Source: Perna viridis | Taxonomy: Eukaryota | DNA length: 64,000 nt | NCBI GenBank assembly: GCA_037379345.1 | Contig: CM074521.1 | Span: 29,164,704-29,228,703, forward strand | Direction: 5' to 3' | Shown: one piece after another, positions 13,426 to 25,258 of the stretch | How positions within the stretch are numbered: position 1 is the stretch's first letter | How the letters are laid out: each line of letters opens with the position of its first letter | Program-made: the position numbers and the translations under genes | Notes under the pieces: model-generated | Seen by the model: only the letters and a program-made list of their open reading frames with translations | Databases searched by the model: none | What the model was told of the DNA's origin: nothing

Positions 13426-13776
13426 ATGGCGCGTCAAGAATTGTCTTCTCATAAACCAGTTGGAATGCTCAGGGATGACTTCCAGTATATACTGGCAATT
13501 GATATCGGCACCATTTACTCCGGATATGCATTTGCAAACAGAGATGATATAGATATGACAAAGGGAAATGTCAAAGTAGACTGTTCGCAAGCTTGGAACT
13601 CTGGCAAGCCAAACTTGATCTCATCGAAAACACCAACTTGTATATTACTGGACCATCAAAAGAATCTCGTTGCATTTGGATTTGACGCAGAGAATAAGTA
13701 TTGCCAAATTGTTAATGATAAAAAGGAGAAGGACTATTACTTTTTCAGGAGATTCAAAATGGTTTTGTACAAAAAG
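13426..13776 (+). CDS. HSPA12: HSPA12-like Hsp70, coding exon 1
   Basis: The ATG follows the acceptor TTACAG directly. The exon encodes phosphate-1 motif LAIDIGTIYSGYAF, then SKTPTCILLD, AFGFDAENKY and YFFRRFKMVLY, all typical of HSPA12. Donor is AAG|GTATCT, phase 0, 117 codons. Confidence 0.93.
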
Positions 13777-14240
13777 GTATCTCTCATGCTTGTATTAGAA
13801 CTGTTTAATTTTATGGCTATGGAATAAATGCATGGTAGGCTTATTTTTCGTCGGTTGTCGAACAAATATTCTGCGGGAGCAAGAACTAATCGAATACATA
13901 TTACAGTTGTAATTTATAAATTTATTTGTTCTGTTTCTTTCGTAGTTTTTAATTGCTATAGATCTTTTGTTTATTTTGATTGCCGTCTTTCGCAGTTCAT
14001 GTCAATATCACAGTATATTTGTTGGATATATATTTGTCATCAATTTTTGAATTATTTGGAATTAACTAATCCCGACCCTATTCGAACGTTATCATTTGGA
14101 TCTTATGAATTTCATAATACTTGATACACTTGATAATGTATATTAAAAGTTCTAGACCCTTTCACACTCTTTACGCTTGCTTAAAACACTTTACTTACAA
14201 GACACTTAATCATCATATTGTACGTCTAACTTCTATACAG

Positions 14241-14459
14241 GAAATCTTGTCAGACCTTCATTTGACCGATGAATTTGGAAAAACATTGCCCGCCGTTTTT
14301 GTCTTCGGGAAGTGCATCTCTGCACTTATGGCGGATTTCTTCGAATCAATGTGTATAAAAGGCGTTCAACTTAAGGATGAAGAAGTTCGTTTTGTTATCA
14401 CAGTACCCGCCATATGGAGCGATGCAGCCAAACAATTTATGAGGCAGGCGGCTAATCAG
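14241..14459 (+). CDS. HSPA12: HSPA12-like Hsp70, coding exon 2
   Basis: Acceptor CTATACAG|, donor CAG|GTAACT, phase 0/0. Encodes VRFVITVPAIWSDAAKQFMRQAA. Confidence 0.93.
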
Positions 14460-15424
14460 GTAACTAATCTATCATTATTTCCTTCTATAGAATTAACAGT
14501 TTAACATAATATAATTATTTCAATATAAATAAAATGTAAGCATTCGTTTTGTTCATGAATCTGTTGAACATATAATGTAATCACCAATACTGAGTTTTAC
14601 TGAGTTGGTCTTTTAACTAAACGGATCTTTTTGAAATCGTACAAAAAGCACGATACAACAAACGAAAATGCTGGGATAGATATCTTTTTGCAATAGGTGG
14701 GGAGAGGGGGGTTCACAAACTTTTTCCTGAAAACCATACTCTTACACGACAGTCACCTCTTATCAAATGTACCATTAGACCGTTACTTCTATCACGGTGT
14801 GTTTATTTATTTTACAAAGCCATATCCATAGGCCCTTGTGAATTTGCTTGACACTCGTGTGTATTGTATACCCGGCCGTGAGTAGTTTATTCCAGATCAG
14901 GAGCGAAGTTATTAATTCATGTTACACTCAATCAGGTGTGCGTAATTACCAGAATGCAACTACACATTAAATATAGAGGTACATTAGTAATGTTATGACA
15001 GAACATTTGGACACAACCAAATAACTAATGTTAAACATGTCGTTATAATACGTTTGTTCTCAGTTCCAACGATGGGTTCAAAAGAGGTCAATAAATCAAA
15101 ATGTTCAACAACAATAAGAAAAAAAGATAAGCAGTTTTATTTAATAGATATACTTTTTTGTTGTCGTTATATGTGTCTATCCGAACATCTAGGGAAATGG
15201 TTTTATTGATTAAGCAACGAATATCTCGAAATATGCTGTTGACAACTAATACAAAACTGAACTTCGTCTTCATTTTTTGCAATGAGTTCTTAGTAAGTGG
15301 AATTTTAATAGTTGCCATTCGCCTCCGCCGGATGACATATATATTGATGCATTCTTCTTTTTTCATTTTACTGTAAAGTCCGTATGAAGAGGGCAAAGAT
15401 ATAATTATCGTTCAGTTAGTTATG

Positions 15425-17521
15425 CTGCACTCACACCATGCCGAATATCCTTGCGATTGACATGAGAATATCATTCGCCGCTCAACTGTAATGATCGTAT
15501 AGCTATCGCTAGACATTTCGTACTCACTCTCAAGTAATCGTGGTCGTTCGTGAGTTTTAACGAATATTAGAAATATGCTCCTAAAATTCGCAAGGAATTG
15601 AAATTCTCAATCCAATGCTAAATAATTCATATGCATCCTTAGCCAATCGTATTGATGGCAAGCCATTTGCATTTAACGTAATACATACATTATATATGTT
15701 CGCAAGATTGTTTTCTTTTTCCATTTAAGACTGATAAGATATTGTTATCAATGCTTACGAGTCATTCAAGAATGAAGCAAATAGCTTACAACTGTTAAAC
15801 GATATTCAAAAAAATGTCTTACAAATGCCTATGAATGGCTTACCAACGCTAGCGAGTGGTTACAAATGCATGCGAATAAAATACGAACATTGAGATAATA
15901 TTACAAACATCTTGCAATATCAAAGTACTCTTTTTCCTCTAAAAAAAATCAAGGTAAGTTGATAATGGCTGAGTCTATGTAACAAGTTGCTACTCTATCA
16001 GTGCTAGTTTCACAGTACGCAGATATTCATCGTGCTGTTATTGCTCTAAAACAAGAGCAAAAGAGAAGGCGAAGAAGACGTCGACAAAGAAAGGAGAAGT
16101 CATGCTGAGAAACTGACGACTGTCCAGAGAGCAAATGATACAACATTCACATTACTACAAGTTAATGGAGAACCTTTGTCATAGCGACCCGGATAGGTTC
16201 AAACACTTTACCAGAATACCACCGGAATTGTTTGATGGGCTGTTGAGTCGTATTAGACATATAATCACAAAACAGAACACGAGATACCGAGACGCTATAG
16301 GGCCTGGATTAAGGTTAGCAGTGACCCTTCATAATTTAGCAACTGGGAATTTATATGTAGATCTGCCGTATAGTTACCGTGTTGTAGATAAGAGATCCGT
16401 ATGTTTGCACCTTTAGTGTGCAAAGCTATAATTGACGAGTATTTAGATGAAATTGTTCCAGCACCAAGCTCAAAAGATAAAGTGGAAAGAAATAGCCTCG
16501 TATTTGGTGTCATCAATTTAAAGAGTTTGTTCTAATGGTTCTAGTCACTCAAACATGTCCTGCAGAGCCGCTGTCAACTTTGCATGTCGCCTCTCTGTCT
16601 TCTTTTTTGGTGTTTCAGATGGAGGTGGTGTTAGAGAACGTGGCGGAGTATCAATTGATGGAATATAATTGTTAAATCTATCACTGTAATAATCGGCATT
16701 TATTATTTCCGCTTGAGTTTTATTGCTTTTCTGTCCATTTATTAATCTTCGGAAGGAGTACATGTAAGTCTGTCCGATTTCTTTCTGCCTCGACCCCTTC
16801 CAGCGTTTTTGTCCACCTCTCGGCATGAATTGTTAGTTCAAAAACTAAATTCAAAATGAATGTATTCGAGAAGAATTGTTAAAGAGTAATCATGGAAACC
16901 AAGGTTATAGCGGTAATCAAAAGAATGTAATCCAAGGACAAAGATCAGACATGGAAAACAGATATTCACAACAAAGAACTTAGAGTAACTAAAATCATAC
17001 ATACAAAGTAACACAAGCAAATGAGCAACTCGGACTCCACTAAAAACTGGGAGCATGGACCAGGTGCACCGGTAGGGTAAGCGTCCTCTCCTTTGCTTTT
17101 CTAGAAACACCCGCTGAGTTCCTCATAAAACGTCAAGTCAGGGGTAGACGAAAGAGAAAAGGAAAACTATGACACGTTGAACAAATTTTTCTTGCATTGT
17201 GCAGGCAGATGGATACACCGTAACGATCCACTAGTTCATGATGACGGCCATAAAACTTTTTTAGTGAAAAAATTGCAACGCATGCGTTTTTATTCGTTTT
17301 ATTTTAATTGACACTCTCAAGAAATCGTTAGATTCGCAACGATTATCGCAAGCATTCGTTAGGGTCGTAACATCATAAGGTTCGTATAGAATTCGTAAGA
17401 CAGTTGTAACGCCTTGATGATTTTCAATACTTTAAAAACCCAATTTTATTAATTTCTACGAATTGTCTGCGAACGCCAAAATTTTTCATTCGCAAGGATC
17501 TTCGGCATAGTGTGAGAGCAG
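15425..17521. mobile_element. PIF/Harbinger transposon, internally deleted
   Basis: ~35-bp TIRs CTGC(A/T)CTCACAC(C/T)ATGCCGAA(T/G)ATCCTTGCGA. The + strand carries a transposase N-terminus (DPDRFKHFTRIPPELFDGLL..RDAIGPGLRLAVTLHNLATG, 16135-16470). A convergent - strand ORF (16545-16826) is probably the start of the second, Myb/SANT-type gene. Confidence 0.82.
16884..17262 (-). mobile_element. Penelope-like retroelement 3'-end fragment inserted in the Harbinger element
   Basis: Reverse complement of the ORF end plus 3' UTR at 38990-39278. Confidence 0.75.
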
Positions 17522-17979
17522 TTTTTTTAACAAATTTTATTAGTTTATATTTTATTAAGATTAGCTGAAAATGAATTGTACGAAATCAACTCGATAAAGA
17601 GACCTTTGAAAATGTTATATATATACAATAACTGTATATTGACCAGAAATCCAAAACAATATACAGATGAAAATTAAAATCAGTGTACAAGTCGAGGCTC
17701 GCCGAGCTTTTTTCATTGGTGCAGAATTCGTATATCGTATTTTTATTTATTTTAGTCAATATGCAGTTACTGCCATTATACTGCATTCCTTGTCATTTTT
17801 AATCGTTATATTTTTATACGACGTGATTTTTACATTACATTTTCTTTCCTACTGTGGCCACCGATACTGACGGTACGATAAACAGGTGAAAACAAGCTGA
17901 ATGAAAATATTCGTTCTCTTTCGAATTAAATGAACAACCAATGCATTGTCCAAAAGCGAAACAAATATCAATTAAAATC

Positions 17980-20280
17980 AGGGGTCCATCTTTAGCATGT
18001 ATTTATTCTATCAGTAACGCAAGTGACAATTTAGGAACACAAAAATGAAAAAAGTAACACTAGTGACAAAAATACAAAATAACAATATATTTGATACAGT
18101 AAAAAATGTCAATGTCTTTGAAGCATTTAATATGATATTTTTGCCTGTCGTTTATTCATATCCTAAACCTGTATTGATCTAGACACCTAGAAATGCTCCT
18201 CATTGGTTTGAATAATAAAAGTAACAAAAGTGATATTTTTTCTAAGACAAAAGGAATCAAGGATATTTTTCCAATTTCTTCTTTCAAACAATTATTATCC
18301 TATCCTATCATTTTCATCCTAAGATATTGTATTGATTACTTGCAATTGAAACAGAGTCAGTTTTGCTTTTACGTGCGAAAAATGAAAATAAAAACAGTAA
18401 CACTAGTGACACATTGTAATTTATGTGACTTTTTAAAAAAAATATTTGAGGTCTATCAGTAAATCTGATCATTTTAAGGGCTGTTTCCAAAGACTGGCAT
18501 CCACGATGTACTTTTGTCCAACAAATTTAAGTTCTGGTATTGTTCCCAAAATGTTCTCCATGCCGTACCAGCATTCATCTCTTAATGCAAGAGGCCAATA
18601 AAAAGATGGATTTTCTAGGCTTCCTATTATGTGCATACAACTTACAAACAACTAGGTTTCATCACAATCTGTTACGATTCCAAGGTACGGTTTTTTGTCA
18701 TAATCCACTGGTACATACTGTTCAAGTAAATCTTGAGGATTTAAATCTGTGACATTGAGATAGTTTTGTTTGTTTCCGTCTGGATTATCGCCATTGTCAA
18801 TGTGTTCTTTTGTACTATTTTCATTGTAGTCGTTCTGTCTGGTTTGTTCCATTGGTAGTAAAACAATGAAGTGATTGGATACCCAATTCTGCCTTCTCAT
18901 GTCTTGCCTAGTTGTCGTCCACATTATAAAACTCGTTTCTTTGCATTTTATTTCTCTGGGTTTTATCATGCGGTAAAGGTCTATTCTGACGTTAGGGTTA
19001 CCCAGGTTTAGATATATCGAATATATGGGACGACAAAGCACACTAGCTAGGGCAAATGCTTGCTAAATACCCATATAAGTTTTATTCTTGGAAATTTTCA
19101 GGACCTCTCTCTCATATAACCTTCCAAATTCTCCATTTGACAATGCTTCATTTGCATATTCATCCAAGTAAAACGCAAAAGTTTTCGCAAGATAATATTT
19201 CTTTTTCCCAAATCCCCTTTCCAAGTAGCCATGATCCAAGTATCCATCCTGGAAAATACAGGATTTGAGAATAATTCGAACTCTAATTTCCTCACTCTCA
19301 CCCTCCTTTCCAGAGACAAGTATACTTCCCGGGTATGGTAAACAATTACCATATGCAGTGACTTTGACAGGATGAAGCGTTACATCATGTGGTATGTCAG
19401 ATGGTAGAATTGAATGTGTTCGATCCCAGTATTTGTGATACTTGGCGAGTAATTATAGTTAATTCTGTAACTTCTAATCTATGATTCGATAGATATTTTA
19501 GTATTTCCTCGTATGTATGACATTTTCCAAGTTCGGTTGATGTGCGCCAGAAATAATACTTTCTGGCCAGTGCCCTATCTTTAGGTACCAGTATTGCTGG
19601 TGATTGCAGTGTCTGGTGTCCTTCTTCATCATTGCGTGCTCCTTGGTGTTCTGTTTCTGATTGTTCACTTGACCGACTTCCCTTTGTTTTAGTTTTCGTT
19701 TTTCTGTTAATAAGGGAATGTACTTTCATATCGTGTCCTGCATGAAATGAGCCTTTCACGCAAGTGCAGCTCACATCTCTGTATGTACAGTATATTTCCA
19801 TATCCAGAGTAACATATTTGATGGCGTTTTAACGTTCCTGGAACGGGTTTGAGTGTTTCCTTTGATAAAATTATTTCCTTATAGTCTATTTCTTGCTGTC
19901 CTACTTCATACACAGATACGGCAGAATCCTGGAAGTTCTCTGCAAAATACTTGGCACTAATTATATCTTTCCCATGAAGAACCAGGTCATTTGCTCGTCT
20001 TTTCAGAGCACCACCTACTCTGTCTGGCACTCCTTATCCATATCCACTTTCATGAAAGTAACATTTTCCAGATAAATTTCTGACTGTCATTCCTTGTAGT
20101 TGGCCTGTTTTAAAATAATTAATTATGACTATAATAAAAATGAGTGTATATGGTATTTCTATCTTTATCATCTTGCTAAATTGATCATTTTTCATTTAAT
20201 AACTTAGAAAAACTATTGATTTGTCATTTGTGTTATTTTTTAATGGTTAGACAAATTAAAGTAACACAAGTGATATACGG
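17980..20280 (-). mobile_element. Sola-type (Sola2-like) DNA transposon remnant with a vertnin-like OTU domain
   Basis: The - strand reads YFHESGYG*GVPDRVGGALKR (canonical HGKGxxDGxGGxxKR) and LKPVPGTLKRHQI. It then reads VTAYGNCLPY..EIRVRII..TYMGI*QAFALASVLCRPIYSIY..IMWT..NWVSNHFIVL. Subterminal GTAACACTAGTGACA-like motifs are repeated. Boundaries approximate. Confidence 0.7.
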
Positions 20281-20640
20281 GCATATAAATTTATATAGAT
20301 TGAAAGTTTTAGGTCGTAGTTAATTTCTGCATATATGCGATTTGCAGTAGGGTAACTTGCGAACCTGGAAGGTCATTCAACTTAATGTAAGGTTTTTTAT
20401 TCACCTTTTTTCTAATTTTTAAACGTTAAAGCGAATGTCACATGTCAAATAATGTTTCTTTAATAAAAGCCATTTACCATATACTGTTTTAGTGATATAT
20501 AATATAAGTCACATCAGTAATACCGTAGACCTGTATTTACAAACTTAGGATGGGAGATCCATTGTATGATTTAACTACATAATATGCTCAACACTACAAC
20601 TGAATGATGTTATGGCAAGCCAAAGTGCACAGACATTAGC

Positions 20641-21365
20641 ATTTTCCAATATTAAAAAAATATTTTTTTGATATTACAAATTTGTTTTCTAATGTAACAA
20701 ATTGGATTTCTTATATCACAAAACACTTTTTTAATAATAAACAAATCTTATTTTTTAATATTAAGAATTGAATTGAATTTCTAATGTTAAAAAACTATTT
20801 TTTTTAATATTAGAAATTGATTTTCTAATATTAGAAAATGGATTTGTCATATTCAAAGACGATTTTTTAATATACGAAAATCATTTTTAATATTAAAAAA
20901 TGTGACTGATTTTCTAATATTACAAATTCATTTTCTTATATTACGAATTCATTTTCTAATATTACAAAACACTTTTTTAATACTAAAAATTCAATCGAAT
21001 TTTTAACATTAAAAAACGATTTTCTAATATAAGAAATTGATTTTCTAATATTAGAAAATGGATTTATCGTATTCTGTTACGATTGTTTGAATATTAGAAA
21101 ATCATTTTGTAATATTAAAAAATGTGACTGATTTTCTAATATTACAAATTCATTTTCTAACATAACACATTCATTTTCTAATATTACAAATTCAATTCGT
21201 AATATTACAAAATGTGTGATATTTTATAATATTACTAAATCAGGAATTTGTAATATTAGAAAATGAATTTTTAATATTACAAATTAAATTTGTATTATTA
21301 CAAATTCTTTTCTAGTATCAAAAAAACTGATTTTGTAATATAAGAAATTTTCTAATATAAAGAAT
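20641..21365. repeat. AT-rich satellite-like array (TTTTCTAATATTAGAAAA-type palindromic units)
   Basis: Dozens of ~20-25-nt units centred on TAATATTA, with higher-order repetition (e.g. 20810-20960 vs 21030-21190). Confidence 0.85.
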
Positions 21366-21834
21366 TTGTATGTTTCTTCACATACTATTTATCGTTAATA
21401 CGCAGTCCAATTTTACAAAACAGAATTATGAAAAATAATAAGGATGTCTCTTCCAAATAAATAAATGTAAGATTAATGAAATTTTCCTTACGAATTGTAT
21501 CATTTTGTGCCTTGAAATGGACTAAAAGAAAAATCCACATGTTGAATATTTATGCAGATAATTGGGCGTATTATCTGTGAAATGGACAAAATGTGCAGGA
21601 TGTAACCTCACCGACCTGTATATAGCGCGAGAACACGTGTATATTGTAATCCTTGTGGTTATATAATGTTCCCCGTGTAATGAATTCTGAATTCCACATG
21701 ACTATAAGATAAAACTTGTAATTTCCCCCGCCAAAACACTGACTGCTACATTATATAAATTGTATAGAAAATCTAAATGATCAATATGATAATTACGAAA
21801 ACCGAATAGTATCAGGTGGAGATTTTTTTATTGA

Positions 21835-22165
21835 ACTAACTATATCGACTTAGCTAACTAATTATATCCACTTTGCTAACTGGATATATCCACTTAGATA
21901 CATGTAACTGTTTATATCCACTTTGCTAACTGGAAATATCCACATAGATACATGTAACTGTTTATATCCAACTAGTAACTGGTTATATCCAAATAATGGC
22001 TGGTTTTATCCAACTATTAATTGGTTATATCGTCATAGCTAACTGTTTATATCCACTTACATGTAGCTAACTTGTTATATCTACTTAGCTAACAGGTTAT
22101 ATCCATCTACTAGCTGATTATATCCAACTAATAACCGTGTCTATCGACTTAATTAACTGGTTTTT
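21835..22165. repeat. ~22-bp minisatellite (GCTAACTGGTTATATCCACTTA consensus)
   Basis: About 14 degenerate tandem units. Confidence 0.85.
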
Positions 22166-22737
22166 ATGAATAAATTAAATAGAATATATTCTACTCGACC
22201 ACCTCTATCTGTCTGTTAACTTACGGTGAATGCGTTGTGCTCACTTTAAATTGATAAAATGATATAAAACTGTAACATCTATTTTGTTGATTTCACGATC
22301 TGGTCCTATTGTGAGTTCCGCATGCAGGCCGACTTGAAGTGCTTGGAACAAGTATTTATTAAAATACCCGGAAATGTTTTTATGCAGCAATTTATGCAGC
22401 CGTACGAGACATTCCGACTACTGTTAATTAGTAACGTAATATTCACACCCACACATTATTCATCTTAACAAAGTATTTTTTTTTAATTATGTAAAAAAAA
22501 AAGAAAATTTAAGTCAGTAGTGTACATTGACCCACTAATTTAAGGGAGATAACTCTAGTTTGAAAAGAGTATTTTTTAATAACATAGTATTAAGATCGGA
22601 ACAGAGACTTAAGCAATCTTACCACGGCCCTGACACCGTAAAAACAACATTTTGGCACAAGTCTGAAATAGTCTGAACGTGACTGAACCGGTACTGAACA
22701 TGTAAGACTGAACTGACTTTATTAGAATGAACGAGAC

Positions 22738-23097
22738 TTAAGTACCCTTCTGTGTAAGAATCATGTAATGAGTGGCACAATTTTCTCAATTTTGTCTTGT
22801 GTGCCTCAAACGTATTCTAATACATCTAGAAAACAACTGAAAAGCTATTTAAATTTATCTTGACGCATTGGTGACGTAGATATTTTTTTGACTGCTTATA
22901 TAAGGAAAAAGTTCGGGAAAATTTTCCGGCATTTTTCCATAGTGAATTTCAACTAAATTTTACCAAAGGCAAACTTTACAAACACTTTGACAGTAATTTC
23001 GTGAGGTTATTTGGATAATGTAATAAAATCCCAACGTATTTTTTCTTCATGTGCCACACCTTAAACACACATTTTACCAGATTCTTAGACTACTTAT
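22738..23097. mobile_element. MITE, TTAA-flanked (Kolobok-like) family
   Basis: Begins TTAAGTAC..GTAAGAATCA and ends GATTCTTAGACTACTTA. A colinear homolog lies at 37475-37860. Confidence 0.65.
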
Positions 23098-23729
23098 AAC
23101 TACCATTGTTTGACGTAAAAACACCATAAAAATGTGCAATAAAAGAGAGACAATCTTGGTTTATTTTACAGAGTTGACAAAACAAGTTAATGCATACAGT
23201 GTTCAGTGTGTATATTACGTCAATTGTCGTTTTTCATATTTACGGAATGTCATTTTAGTATTAGTAAGTTGAATTTTTAGTCAAAGGGACGTAACCCACT
23301 AACACCCGACAACCTAGATCAGTATTTAAATATCTTGGAAACCTTAACTATTTACACTTCGGTAAGTAGTTACATTTAAATGGTTTGAAACTAATTATTC
23401 AAAGGAACCAAGTACTTACCACAGCTACAATAAGTCAAATATTTGAATTTGAAGTCCACTGCTGTCCATTGCTCCAATCGGAACGTAAAACAGTCTGTCG
23501 GTTTGGAAGGTTACTTCCCTTTGCTCAAAATTAAAAAAAAGAAACAAAGTCGGGAATATGAAAAAGTTTCATTAAAGGTGATTAACAAAATATCTCAACG
23601 GTTAACGATCATACACGATGTAATGTCATTATGGGACTCGTTAACAAATATATTATTCTTTCCGACGATACATATACCACCGTTTGGTAACTGCGCAAAT
23701 TTAGTATGCAGTTGTGTAAATATTTGTAG

Positions 23730-23877
23730 GCAGGGATAAAGAATGAGCAACTTCTCTTAGCACTGGAGTCCGAGGCAGCTTCTATTTACAGTCAATTTGT
23801 GAAGTCAAAAGACGCAAATGAACTACGACTTACTGTATCAAAAGTCGGGACTCGCTATCTTGTAGCTGATCTTGGCG
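23730..23877 (+). CDS. HSPA12: HSPA12-like Hsp70, coding exon 3 (not in ORF track)
   Basis: Acceptor TTTGTAG|, donor G|GTATAG, phase 1. Translates AGIKNEQLLLALESEAASIY...GTRYLVADLG(G). It lies 9.27 kb downstream of exon 2. Confidence 0.92.
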
Positions 23878-24188
23878 GTATAGTTAACCATTAAGCATGT
23901 CTTTACCAATTAATGAAATTGTTATACATGACACTTGACACAACAACTCCCATCCGCCAGATGAATTACATAAACATAGAACCAAGTAAACTGTCTTGAA
24001 CTATATAACAAAAAGGTTTTTTTCACGATTTACAAGAAAACATGTCTGACTTAAAAATGAATTCATGCATTAGAATAAAAGTTATTGACAAATTAACAGG
24101 ATAGAGTTAACGTCGGGTTTAATCTTCCCCATAATTCAAATGTTTCCTATTGTTATATTAATAATCTAAATATATTTTGAAATTCAAG

Positions 24189-25258
24189 GGGGAACCGCTG
24201 ATATTTCTCTTCATGAAAAACAATCTAATGGATTTTTAAAAGAAATACATTGTTCCCGTGGTGATGACTGTGGAGGAAACAAACTCAATGAAGACCTTGT
24301 ACAAGAAATGGTGAAAAATTTTGGCCGCCCTTTGATGAATGAGATAAAAAATGAACACCCTACAGTCTACTTTGATGTCCATAGGGAATTTGAAGCAGCT
24401 AAAAAAACTGTTGATGGAATACATGAAGATGATATGACGATGCGGTTACCGTCTCAATTTCTTGATCATTTACTTAAGAAAAGAATAGGCGAAGATCTAT
24501 TAGAGACAATAGAAATCGGCCCCCATGGGAGTGGCGTAAAGCTTAAATATGGCACTCTTTACATCAAACAGTCGATGGTGATAGATAAACTGTTTCAGCC
24601 AACCACAGATAGAATTGTTGAGTTGTTGAAGGTCGTTATGAATGAAGTTGATAAAAAGGACCATAGTGTCGACCGGATTCTCCTAGTTGGTGGTTTCTCT
24701 GAATCAAAATACATACAGAAATCTATTCGAGAAGCATTTCGAGATAAACTTGTAATAGTTCCTGAATCATCTGACCTGTGCGTTCTTAAAGGAGCTGTAT
24801 TGTTTGGACATTCCCCTCGGCTCATATCTCACAGGGTCATGCGCTACACATATGGAATAGAAACTATAATCCCATTTGACAGCACTTTGCATGATACAAA
24901 ACAAAAGGTTTCAGTAGAGGGTGAGGAATATTGTGCCAATGCTTTCTCAATTTTTGTGCAGTTTGGAACCGTCGTTGAAATTGATACTACCGTTACATAT
25001 AGATTTTCCACCACTCACCCGTTTCAAAGGTTTGCAAAGATCAATATATTCATTTCCTCAAAAAGTAACCCATTATGTGTCAAAGAACCTGAATGCAGAA
25101 AAATAGGTGAAATGAGAGTAACAATTGTAAACCCTACAAAAGAGTTGCGATCCCTTAACGTAAGCCTTCTTTTTGGCAACACAGAGATTCAAATTGGAGC
25201 AAAAGATACTGTAACTGAAAAAGAGTACAGTGTCAAACTAGATTTTGTAATGTACTGA
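24189..25258 (+). CDS. HSPA12: HSPA12-like Hsp70, coding exon 4 (terminal)
   Basis: Acceptor TTCAAG|. It completes DLGGGTAD, is continuous with ORF 24308-25258, and contains ILLVGGFSESKYIQ and VLKGAVLFG. Spliced CDS = 351+219+148+1070 = 1788 nt, 595 aa, no internal stop. Confidence 0.93.

Noticed and set aside
12601-13776. In-frame fusion protein of the ZU5 leader peptide with HSPA12
   Set aside because: The donor is phase 2 in the conserved frame and the HSPA12 acceptor is phase 0. No open bridging exon was found in 12720-13425.
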